A stretch of DNA of 64,000 nucleotides, from the NCBI GenBank assembly GCA_965285935.1, contig OZ260663.1, forward strand, positions 52,080,001 through 52,144,000, read 5' to 3'. Shown here piece by piece: positions 54,366-64,000 of this stretch. The first letter of the stretch is position 1, and each line of letters opens with the position of its first letter. The translations under genes were made by a program, and so were the position numbers. The notes under the pieces are model-generated. The model was not told the origin of the DNA, searched no databases, and was given only the letters and a program-made list of their open reading frames with translations. Origin of the DNA: Ophelia neglecta (lineage: Eukaryota).

Positions 54366-56839
54366 CTGTAAAACCAAATACTTATATATTAATTGTATAT
54401 TTCAAATATAAATTGGTTTTAAACAAAAAGACTGTCTGATAATTATTGACAGCTGTGATAAGAAGAATAGTCTGTTAGACTTACTACCAGTATTTTCTTC
54501 CAAAACACTCCCAAATTCATTATTTTGCTATAAATTCTTTTCATTCCCTTAAAGATGATTTACCAGGATAGTAGTTTTTCATCATGTAGTATCAATTAGA
54601 CCCATTTCAACCTTCATATTATAAATCCAGCCTACATGCTCGAAATCATTATGAACAAATAATAAACTTACCTTCTTCATATTGTCTTTTCAGTTTGGAG
54701 TATGGTCTCTCTGTCCATGGGACTGTGTCATTGGTGGGGTCAAGTTCTTTCAGTCGCCTTACAAATGCATTGTATTCCTTTACAAGTCTGGTTATCTCCT
54801 GCCTAAATCCTTCAATAACTCTCTCCGGATAGCATGGAACCTCCAATTGCTATATTAAAATAGAGTATGACATTAAATGTTGATATGCTACAATTAGGAT
54901 CGTAGCAATATGTACTTGAACATCAAAAAAATTTAAAACAAACTTTCAATGCTGCTTAAAGATTTATCTATATCTAAATTTTCACATATTTCACAGTATA
55001 TCATATTCAGACATACAGCTGAGAAGAAATCCCTGTTGGACTTAAGTACAAGGCTAGGTACATGTATGAATGTCCATGCGCGAAGTTTGTCATATTTGTC
55101 AGGTACTTCCAAAATCATGGAACTCATGAATAAACAAAATACACCCTATAACATGGCTGAGGTTTTACAATGAAATGACATTACCATCAGTTGAAAGTCT
55201 ATGTCTTTCTTAATGGAGGGAAGCCATTTTTGTACTTCAGCTGGTTTGTTCAATGTGTGCTGAAATAAAGTAAATTACCATAAAATATTATTTGCATCAA
55301 TTTATTAATTGTGGCAGGTGTAAAGTTTTTGGTCCACCTGCTGTATTTCAGTTTATAGTGATTCCTGGAAAATGTGGGAACATTGACTGGACTTAAAATG
55401 TTACTAAGAATTGTTTTATTCTAAGGGTTTTTGAGCCTGTCCATCTAGCAGTGGGACAGTAGTTTTTATTTAAATGTGTATACATTTGAGTTTGCTTCAT
55501 TAGCCAACATTTAGGGAAAATATTGTTAAATGTGAAATTTTTTGCATGCACGTACTTAGCAAAAATAACATGCCCCATAAATTTCAAGCACCATTGGCAT
55601 AAACCTGCAGAGGAGAATGGTACCATGTCATGGAAACATGAAGGTAATGGTGACAAACGTATGGTAGCCTTCATAACTAACAGGCTGAAAAAAGTGGTTA
55701 CAGATGGCCATATATCTCAATCCACTTTGATAAGTTTTTCATTCCTATACTACTAAGAACTACAATATCCCAATACTACTAAGAACTACAATAGTCTCGG
55801 AGACTATATTTTCCTTGAACAATCCGGCTTTCGCCACAGCATTCCCTTTCATCCTTTACACAAAGCCCTCATACTTTGTCAGGTACACTGAGGTATGTTT
55901 GACTAGTTTATTAACAAATCTGTCTCCAGAATGATATGTAACTAGTTAGGATTGAGCCATGTTGACCAACATCCACAGTTTTTTAATATCCTGATGTAGA
56001 CATTCTATACATACACGTACATACATATGACAAGAGTAAGAATTTGAACAACTTTTATAGCTTACCAATTTTGGCCTTATCGGGTTCTTCTTTAGATATT
56101 CTAAGAAAGAAAAAACATAATGAAATCAGTTCCAAATCAATATTAAATGTACATGATCATACTCATTATGTGATTGGTTCTCACCAGTTATCACTCTTTC
56201 TCAGCAATTTGATTTGGTAGTAGGATTAACCACTGAACAAACAAGGGCAAGTGGATTTGTTAAGTGTTGAGCAGTGTGTGCTGGAAGAGGAGGGGCTCCA
56301 CTGGGTCTCATCACTGTTTATACAAAAAACTTATTAGTTATCATCAGCTAGTCACCTGGGCTAAGGTGTGACCCTCCCTGGGCTTGAGGGAAAATAGATG
56401 TTAACTCGATTTTTGATATATGCCACTATAATAAATCTGAACTTAAAATTGTTGCAGTGCTTTCTACTTTCAGTAAAATGCATTTTCAGTTAGTTCCAAT
56501 CAAGTACGGTGACTAATTCCAATCCACCTTGTTTTAATGAACACCTCTGTTAACTAAACCCAAGTTTTTGTACAGTATCACAATTTTGTGACCCCTATCC
56601 CATGATGGCACATTTCCTTGACCCCCCCCCCCCCCACCGTACCATACTTTTGACCACCCCTTAGAAATTTATGACCATTGGATTGAAAGAATTCGGGGTC
56701 ACTGGCTACACATACACTTCCCTGGACTTCTAGTCTTTCTTAAATAATAGAACAATATTAAAAAATACCTACCCTCTCTCTCTGCCTCTAATATAAGTCG
56801 ATTTAATCTTGTCACATGCTTTTCTTCGTTCCTAGCCAT
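53806..56839 (-). CDS. Uncharacterized protein with an ISY1-like N-terminal domain, 5 coding exons, 304 aa
   Basis: Exons 56839-56773, 56100-56066, 55259-55185, 54849-54672 and 54365-53806 join in frame with GT-AG sites (915 nt). Sequence: MARNEEKHVTRLNRLILEAEREEYLKKNPIRPKLHTLNKPAEVQKWLPSIKKDIDFQLMQLEVPCYPERVIEGFRQEITRLVKEYNAFVRRLKELDP...PWTERPY...GQDYGSSDESDS. MARNxEK..L.R, RP, KW and L.RE...L..L resemble the Isy1 N-terminus; the C-terminal half does not. Confidence 0.85.
54672..54849 (-). CDS. ISY1-like gene exon 4
   Basis: aatatag| acceptor, G|gtaagt donor; matches ORF 54649..54846. Confidence 0.9.
55185..55259 (-). CDS. ISY1-like gene exon 3 (HTLNKPAEVQKWLPSIKKDIDFQLM)
   Basis: atttcag| acceptor, ATG|gtaatg donor, 75 nt. 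Confidence 0.87.
56066..56100 (-). CDS. ISY1-like gene exon 2 (EYLKKNPIRPKL)
   Basis: tttcttag| acceptor, TTG|gtaagc donor, phase 1->0. Confidence 0.85.
56773..56839 (-). CDS. ISY1-like gene exon 1
   Basis: aaaATGGCT start; G|gtaggt donor. Confidence 0.88.
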
Positions 56840-57021
56840 TTTTACACTGCCGTTGCAACGGGTAGTTTTAGGTTCGACAACATTCAACGACCGTGTTTTA
56901 CGTACTACTATAAAATGATACCTTGCAGAAACTGAGCGCTATATCACACGGCGAAATCGTTTTTGGTTTAAAACAGAGAAAGCTTGGCATCTTAAAAATC
57001 CGAGAGTTGTTTTTATGAAAT
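56840..57021. promoter_or_regulatory. Bidirectional promoter shared by GTF2F1 and the ISY1-like gene
   Basis: Divergent ATGs 182 bp apart; local CpG enrichment (about 56830-57270) against a CpG-poor background; YY1-like AATATGGCG over the GTF2F1 ATG. Confidence 0.8.
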
Positions 57022-57036
57022 ATGGCGACAGCGCAG
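57022..57036 (+). CDS. GTF2F1: GTF2F1 coding exon 1 (MATAQ)
   Basis: aaatATGGCG start, CAG|gtgagg donor, phase 0 matches exon 2, lies in the CpG-rich promoter zone. Confidence 0.8.
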
Positions 57037-60000
57037 GTGAGGATTACGTCATAAAGCAGGTTATCTCAAACAGTATTTAGTTAAACCCTGTTTCAAACAG
57101 CGGTCCCCAAACGACTCTCCATGCTCATCATTCGTCGTGTGCGACAGGCCTTATGAGCAGAGAATAATTGCACATGATTGCAGAGTGCGCAATCGTCGCT
57201 TGCAATAAAACCACAAATAATCTGTTAAGTCAACTTCCTAGACCTCTGGGAAAGTGCATTACCGCAGACCAGCTCTCACCTGCCCCCCCCCCCCCCCACA
57301 CACACACACACCCAACCCCAACCCACCCCCCAACCCCACCCTAGTTAAATCAAAAAAACAGATTTAAAAGGTGCTCCAGTTACAAATGTATCGGATTCAC
57401 ATTTAGAAACATTTTCGTCTAGAGTGTTGATGGCAGGCAGCCGCACGAAGCTTGGAAATGGCATTCCTGTGTAGCAAAACTTTCCCTGAAATGAGAGGTG
57501 CCATGGCCAGCAACTACCCCAGCACTTCATGGCGCTAGGGGCTAAAGCAAAGGCTAAGGCCTGTAGAGGTATTAAACTCACATATACTAATATACCAAAT
57601 ATGACCCATCTAGTAGTGATCCTCATGTGATAAAATGCTCAGAAAATGCATTCATGTGTGGCAGAAATGAGAAGGGTGATGGGAGGTAGCTGACCCAGCC
57701 GTGTGGGGCAGGTCAAGAGATCTGAGTGGGTAGAAAGTTCGCAATATGACACCTTTAAAAACCATCTATTAGTGAACTCCTCCTGCTGAAACACTTCAAA
57801 GAACATCCTTTAGAGGCAATGTTTTCCCAGAAATGTAGTTGTTTGATCACTATTTACATAATAGATTTTACATGTCTATGCTATTTATAATCCTGATAGG
57901 AAATATACAAATTCTTGTTAGCCCTTGTAAATAAATGCAATCTCCAGGTGACCTATAATACTTCACCTTGTTTAAAAGTTCAAAAACTGAGTACCATCTT
58001 GGTGGACATCTTGCCTTCCTTTGTCATGCATCTTTGTGATATTTGTTATAAACTCCAATTATTTGTTGTATACAGGCGTCAACTTCAGGAGCCCCTGCGG
58101 CACAGGAGTTCTCTGTAAGAGTCCCAAAGTAAGTCACTTGTAATCACTCTATAATCAAATAGGTGAACAATGACTGGTGCTGCTTTGATGGGTTAAATAA
58201 AATATCCGAAAGGGATAGCTTGAAAAATTTGATGCTATTGTTTTGATATTGTGATATTTTGTACAGAATATTGCCCTAAACAATAATTTTAAGGAAATTG
58301 AGAGTTAAAATATAAAGTCTATTTTTGTTCATCGTTGTTGATTATTTTTCAGAGATGTCAAGAAGAAGTATAGCATAATGAAGTTTAGTATGGGGAACAA
58401 TGTGGATTTCACAAAATGTGGACAAGTATGCATACTGCTTTACACACCATCATAGTAAATAAAGTGATAGTAAATAAAGTTATATACATGTATGACTATA
58501 TTGAACTGTGCAGATTTAAAACACTGGAAAACGATAACGTTGGCCTTCTCATTCAAAAACTGAAATAGGTATAACACCAACTTAATATATTATTCCCCTG
58601 TAAATTGCATTACAGTGGCTGTTTTATGAGCAATATTAAATGATGTTCCAGGCCAAAATTGAAAAGGAAAACAACTTTAAACAGTTCAAACAAGCATATG
58701 ATATTGATGTAATGCCAAAGTTTGGTGCTGGAAGTGAGTTTGGCAGAGAACAGAGGGAAGAAGCCAGAAGAAAAAAGTATGGCATCAGAACGAGAAAGTA
58801 CAACACGGACGACCAACCTTGGCTTCTCAAAATGGGAACAGGCAAAACCACAAGAAGGCATGTTCTACACTTGTTTTCATAGTATTTAATGGCTTCAGGT
58901 TTTACTGGCTCAGAAAAATAGGAAGCAGGCTGTTCCTTTTAAACTTATGTTGATGGGAAAATTATTCAAGAAGATGGGAAAATGGATGGTGCAAAAGGCA
59001 TGCCAATTAGAATTACTGGTAGGTTCAAGTCGCTGGAGACAGACATAGACATTATGAAAGACAGTTCAGGTAGCCGGTTGGAAAGGAACACCCTGACAGT
59101 ATGTGCAAACCTGTTTAAATAATAGTATTTTGTACTCTTGATATTAAACAGGTTCAAGGGAACAAAAGAAGGAGGTGTAGCAGAGAATGCCTCCTATTAT
59201 GTCTTCACACAGTGCCCAGATGGGGCTTTTGAAGCCTTCCCTATTCAAGAGTGGTTTAATTTTACATCACAAATTAAATACAAGGCTCTTACCTCAGAAG
59301 AAGCAGAAGCTGAATTTTCAAGGTTTGTCAGAACTTGGATGAAAATCAAAGTGAAGATGTGTAGCTTTTGCTATCATAATATATTCTTATAATTGTTTTA
59401 GTCTTTTCTATTTGGAAGTATTCTTCCCTGTTTAGCTTGCACCCAGGGAATTGATTTTTTTTTTACAAATAATTGGTGCCATTTCATTTGCAAAAAGAAG
59501 GGCGAGGGGTGTGGGTGTGTGTGTATTTTGTTTTGTTTTAAATTCCTACATATCATGGCTAATTCACATTGTATTTAATTATTTTCTATTGACATGGTGG
59601 TGGTGGTGGTGCTAGGAGGGATAGCTTATGGGGACACCCATGGCCATATTACCTCATTAACAATTGTTAATTACTGTTGCAGGAGAGATAAGAATCTCAA
59701 TATGTTCAGTATTATGGTGAAGAAGCGTATTGCTGGTGTGGACAACATTGAAGACCCTGATGAAGAGGAAGGCAAGAAAACAAAAGGCAAAAAGAAGAAA
59801 GGGAAAGACTTTGTTAGTATTACAAAAAACACTTCAGTCGTTTTCAGTGTTCGGTAGTGTTGGGTTGGTGGCATCAGGGGTTAGTTGAAACAAATCTAGC
59901 ATTTAGCCCTATGTAATGGGAAGAAAATCAAGTTTTCACACAATTTTAGTCTGGAAGGTTGTGTGTGCATTATTTAAGTCTTCACAAATCATGGAGGCAC

Positions 60001-63000
60001 ATTGTTTTTAAATATGCTGTGATAAGTGCAGACAGACTAAATGAAAATTAGGGCAAGGCTGGAAAAAAGTCAAGGAAATGTCCAAGAGGGTCTTTTGGGT
60101 ATCCTGCTGAGTACAATTGAAAAATATTCAAAATCATTGCATGGTTCAGGCACTTTGAGCCAATTTATAACTGAACAGAGGTTGAACTAGAACAATTCTT
60201 TTTCTAGACACCTATCTCAGAGTGATGGTCAGACACTGTCTAATAGTAGCTTTAAGCATACTTGCTGTACATCATTCCAACACCGTATGGATAGGTCAAT
60301 ATATCAGTAGAATTGTGATCAGTTGTTTACAGTTTACCATCAAGAATCAGCCTCTGATTGGTGCTATATTTATGTACTTAAAGAAGAAAAATGTTTAGAT
60401 CATTTTGGCAGCTGTCTTGGCTGTAAACACTGGTAGTGCAGTGGTCAAAATCCCACACCACATGTCTAGCTGAGGACTAATCTTTTATACACATAATAAC
60501 TCATTTAGTGTAGGGCAGTGAGCAATGGCATTGGTGCCTTCAAGTGATTGAAAAAAAGTGTACAATTTATAAACAAAAGTGGTCATGTATTATATTTCAG
60601 CTCCTGACAGAATTAGATGACTGGGCAGCATCATCAGATGATGAAGACGATGATGACAGTGACAGGGAAGGAGATGAAGGTAGCCAACCCTGGTTTCATG
60701 AATGTTGAATAATGACTAAGTTTCAGCCTGTACATTGACCATTTTTGGCATCGACATACTTATAAGCCATACTGTGCTAAGTCATTTACCATCAAGCAGA
60801 AAATTTATCGACTTTAAATTCAATTCTCTTTAGTTTGCTTGTTTTGATGGGCTATTGTACAGCACATCTTAATTTAAAAAAAGCTATTTCTGTACAGAAG
60901 TGGCTGAACAGATTGGTTCAATAGCACGAATCCAGTCTATATGAGGTTCCCTCTGTAACCTAGCATTGTTTTCAGTAGGTCTATATAATCAACAATATTT
61001 TATTTTTGATCCTTTTCTTGGTTCAGGTATCAAAAATGGGAATATAGTTAGAAATTTGTTATAGTCAGATAAGCATTTTTTATGATATTATATGTACAAG
61101 TTATTGATTTTCATGGGAAACAATCAACTTCAGATGGTCCTAAAAAACCCAAACCAGCAAAGAAAGCAGCGGCTAAAAAGAAGAAAATGTCCAAGACCAA
61201 CTCTGATGACGAGGCTGTAGAAGAAAGTGATGACGCTGACGAGACCAGAGAAGTGGACTATATGAGTAACAGTGAAAGGTGATCATTTCACTTCAGAAAA
61301 ATAATTTACGTCTCTGATAGTTACCCTTTGAAACTTCACTCATGTATATTTCAAACCAAGAAATTGTTTTTTCACAGGCACAAATAATATTTCACCATAT
61401 ATTGTAACAGTGGGATACAGTAGCCGAGGATTTTTTTAAATTATCACAAAATAAGGAGCAGGCTAATATTACCTGCACTATTGTAGACAATCTAGATGGG
61501 ATTTGTGGCTGGGTTTTTTGCAGCCCTACCCTTGGTATTTATCAAAGTAGGTAGAATGAAACCTGCCTTGAAGTTCACCTCTATAATCAGATTACCTCTA
61601 TATTCTGACCACCCATATAAATTACATTCTTTATACATTCATTGTATAATAACCTGCCTAAACAGACCACCTCCATGAACAGACCAGTATTTTCCAATTC
61701 CTTGGGTGTTCTCAGTTTCCCTTTACTACAAACATATTTGATACTTCTATAACTTTCCTCTGCATATACATTTCTTCCTAATCTAGTGACGATGAAGATA
61801 TGTATGAAGAGAAGGGGGGAGATTCTGATGAGGATAAATACAAAGAGCAGGGTGTGGAGGACGAAGATGGTCTGAGGAAAGCTCTCAACTCTGACGAGGA
61901 GGATGAAGAGGAGGAAAATAAAGAAAAGAAAGAAGGGGAAGAAAATGAGGAGGAGGAAACAGAAAAAGTCCAAGAAAAGAAAAAAGAAGGTATAAGAAAT
62001 AGTTGCATTTTTTGTAGATTAATAAAATATTAAAATATTTACAGCTCTTAAGAGGGTGAGTTATCAACTCTTGAGTAATTCCTTTAAAATGCCTTGATAC
62101 CTATACAAATCATTTAAAATACATCAGTAATCTTATTCCATTTGCTCTCCTCTATTTGGCATCCTACATGAAACAAGATACGTTGCCCATTTTTAAATCT
62201 ATGTTTTTTTCTCACTCTTTTGCCAGATTCTGATAGTGAAAGTAGCTCAGCTTCAGACTCTGATTCTGACCCAGAAAAAGAGGCTGGACAGTTCAGTGCC
62301 TTCTTTCTTCAAGTAAGCCTCTAGCCTGCCATGTGCAGTGCAACATTTCTGTATTTGCACACAACATGAATATGTATAGTGTTTGCATATTATAACCTTA
62401 CAGCATGAAATTTTTAAAAACTCAAACAAATGCTATGCCACATAACCTTATCAAAGGTAGTTAATTAGCAAAAGTGTGATTAATGTATGATTTTTTATGA
62501 AGAAAAAAGAAAAGAAGGAAAAAGAGAAGGAGGCCAAAAGTCAGAAGGAGAAGGGCACATCAAGTCGATCATCAACACCTACGTCAATTGTAGACTCTCA
62601 AGAATCTAATGGTTGGTACCTATTTATCAATCATTCAAATATATTACTGTGTTCTTTATAATAATCACCAAGGGTGCTTACGTACTCATGTGCCATTTTA
62701 ATGCTTATAACCCACAAAATCCCTGGTGAAAAGGTTAAAATTCGAAAGATTTTGATATAAAAAAAGGGCGGGTGCTTATTATACATGGGGCTTTTTACAG
62801 AGAAAACGTTTTAGTAACTATACCAGTGTATACATTCATGGTCTAGCACCATAAAAGTAGCTGCTGTATATTTATTTGATAAAGCTATTTGTAGAGAATA
62901 TAAAGATATCAGAGTTTGTAGTAGCCCTAATAGCTAATATATTATACAAGTACTATATCATTGTTCCAGATAGATGGTTTTACCCTTAAAATTGAACCTC

Positions 63001-63589
63001 AATATATGTTACTGTTTTCTATTGTAGGAAAGAAACGAAGTTTAAAGACAAACTCAGATGTACCTACCAGCAAGAAAGCTAAGATAGAACCATCGTCGTC
63101 AGTCTCCAGTTTGTCCTCTCTGAGTGGGACAAGGTATTACTACACTTAAATAGTTGATTGTTGCTTTTAAATTGATGAATGCACAATCAATTAAATAAAA
63201 ATATAAATGAACTATAAATATGACACATTTGTTTCAAATTATCGTTGATTAGCTGTGTCCATGTTGCTTGCAATAATCACATGCTGATAGTGAGATTTAT
63301 ATTCTGTTATCAATGCTCAAGCGTACAGTTTTGCATTGTTTTCATGCTGGAATTGACTGGTGACTTTTTCCTTTTCAGTGATGGCATAACAGATGAATCT
63401 GTGCGGCGGTACCTGATGAGGAAACCTATGACAACAAAAGAACTACTGCAGAAGTTTAAGTCAAAGAAAAACATAGGAATGACTAAAGATGAGATGGTGA
63501 CAACAATAGCTCAGATACTAAAAAGACTCAATCCAGAGAAAAATAAAATTAAAGATAAACTTTACCTTTCAATAAAGAAACAAGAGTAG
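57022..63589 (+). CDS. GTF2F1: General transcription factor IIF subunit 1 (TFIIF-alpha/RAP74), 13 coding exons, 528 aa
   Basis: Exons 57022-57036, 58076-58128, 58353-58425, 58652-58857, 59152-59322, 59683-59812, 60601-60679, 61134-61278, 61787-61989, 62227-62312, 62503-62611, 63028-63133 and 63379-63589 join in frame (1587 nt). Diagnostic RAP74 motifs: EFSVRVPK..KKYSIM, MPKFGAGSEFGREQREEARRKKYGI, DDQPWLL, YYVFTQCPDGAFEAFP..WFNF, acidic middle, SSRSSTP and C-terminal winged helix ITDESVRRYLMRKPMTTKELL. Confidence 0.97.
57283..57341. repeat. Poly-C/(CA)n/CCCAA low-complexity tract in GTF2F1 intron 1
   Basis: Direct read; G-rich on the - strand. Confidence 0.8.
58076..58128 (+). CDS. GTF2F1: GTF2F1 exon 2 (ASTSGAPAAQEFSVRVPK)
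   Basis: tacag| acceptor, AA|gtaagt donor, VRVPK motif. Confidence 0.92.
58353..58425 (+). CDS. GTF2F1: GTF2F1 exon 3 (DVKKKYSIMKFSMGNNVDFTKCGQ)
   Basis: tttttcag| acceptor, CAA|gtatgc donor, phases match neighbours. Confidence 0.92.
58652..58857 (+). CDS. GTF2F1: GTF2F1 exon 4 (AKIEKEN...MPKFGAGSEFGRE...DDQPWLLKMGTGKTTR)
   Basis: Conserved RAP74 motif; ends at a non-canonical AG|gcatgt donor. Confidence 0.93.
59152..59322 (+). CDS. GTF2F1: GTF2F1 exon 5 (FKGTKEGGVAENASYYVFTQCPDGAFEAFP...EEAEAEFSR)
   Basis: Highly conserved RAP74 segment, aacag| acceptor and AG|gtttgt donor. Confidence 0.96.
59683..59812 (+). CDS. GTF2F1: GTF2F1 exon 6 (RDKNLNMFSIMVKKRI...KGKDF)
   Basis: tgcag| acceptor, TTT|gttagt donor. 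Confidence 0.92.
60601..60679 (+). CDS. GTF2F1: GTF2F1 exon 7 (LLTELDDWAASSDDEDDDSDREGDE)
   Basis: tttcag| acceptor, G|gtagcc donor, in phase. Confidence 0.88.
61134..61278 (+). CDS. GTF2F1: GTF2F1 exon 8 (GPKKPKPAKK...EAVEESDDADETREVDYMSNSE)
   Basis: EVDYMS motif of RAP74; cttcag| acceptor and AG|gtgatc donor. Confidence 0.92.
61787..61989 (+). CDS. GTF2F1: GTF2F1 exon 9 (acidic, KYKEQGVEDEDGLRKAL)
   Basis: atctag| acceptor, G|gtataa donor, in phase. Confidence 0.9.
62227..62312 (+). CDS. GTF2F1: GTF2F1 exon 10 (SDSESSSASDSDSDPEKEAGQFSAFFLQ)
   Basis: tgccag| acceptor, CAA|gtaagc donor. Confidence 0.9.
62503..62611 (+). CDS. GTF2F1: GTF2F1 exon 11 (KKEKKEKEKE...SSRSSTPTS)
   Basis: tatgaag| acceptor (exact AG somewhat uncertain), G|gttggt donor, SR..TP motif. 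Confidence 0.8.
63028..63133 (+). CDS. GTF2F1: GTF2F1 exon 12 (KKRSLKTNSDVPTSKKAKIEP...)
   Basis: ttgtag| acceptor, AG|gtatta donor, bipartite NLS-like basic motif. Confidence 0.88.
63379..63589 (+). CDS. GTF2F1: GTF2F1 exon 13, C-terminal winged-helix domain, stop TAG
   Basis: cttttcag| acceptor; ITDESVRRYLMRKPMTTKELLQKFK...LKRLNPEK. Confidence 0.96.
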
Positions 63590-64000
63590 TACTGATGAAT
63601 ATGGTAATAGTAAAGATCTTCATCTATGTACTTTGCAGTTAACAATGGTAACTTTCTGAATGTGTTTTCAGTATGAGTGTTTTAAGTACATGTACATTGT
63701 GTGCACAAATTGTGTGTTATGTGTAATATGAAAATGTGTTGTTCACCTTATAAGAACTATTTTATAGATGTTTCCTTGTTTCTACTTAGGGCTATTCCAT
63801 TAAAAACAAGGGCTCAGCAGGTTGGAGAAACGAAAGGTCAAAAAATGAGTCATTTATAGGTATGACTGAGGGTTGATAAAGATTCCAAACGAAAATCTAG
63901 TACTTAGTGGGATGCAGAGATTTCAAATTTAGGAGTATATTTATGTGGCAATTAAAGTTGGTAAAAGCAGATTCGTTGGAGCAAAATAAAACTGTGTTAT

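Noticed and set aside
56840-56887. N-terminal extension MNVVEPKTTRCNGSVK in the ORF track
   Set aside because: Begins at a TTG; the Isy1-type start MARN at 56839 is the natural ATG
61587-62067. Long - strand ORFs rich in F/L/S
   Set aside because: Antisense shadows of the purine-rich acidic GTF2F1 exon 9
62645-62817. Possible decayed TA-flanked MITE in GTF2F1 intron 11
   Set aside because: Only vague terminal similarity; TIRs and TSD cannot be delineated
57037-63378. Intronic snoRNAs in GTF2F1
   Set aside because: No convincing C/D box pair with a terminal stem or H/ACA structure found by eye; an Infernal/Rfam scan would be needed

Overview
AT-rich, CpG-depleted eukaryotic genomic DNA with spliceosomal introns. 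It is probably a marine invertebrate such as a mollusc or other lophotrochozoan; this is inferred from a pearl-like repeat and abundant TACATGTA. Most ORF-track entries are spurious. Three spliced genes can be assembled by hand. (1) A + strand gene spanning about 5.0-33.0 kb encodes a small acidic protein ending KKCKCCVVM, a paralemmin-type CaaX/palmitoylation tail. It appears to have three alternative first exons (ATG at 5036, 19378, 30250), all joined by phase-2 introns to one terminal exon (32608-32968). The longest isoform adds an exon with an RVxF and a PxIxIT-like motif. (2) A - strand 5-exon gene (56839->53806, 304 aa) has an ISY1-like N-terminus. (3) GTF2F1 (TFIIF alpha/RAP74) lies on the + strand (57022-63589, 13 coding exons, 528 aa) and has one GC-AG intron. 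Genes 2 and 3 are head-to-head with only 182 bp between start codons. The gene-poor 33-53 kb interval holds a 1.2-kb hAT-type non-autonomous element with an intact 8-bp TSD, nested in a pearl-like tandem-core repeat, plus a small MITE. No rRNA, tRNA or CRISPR array was seen.
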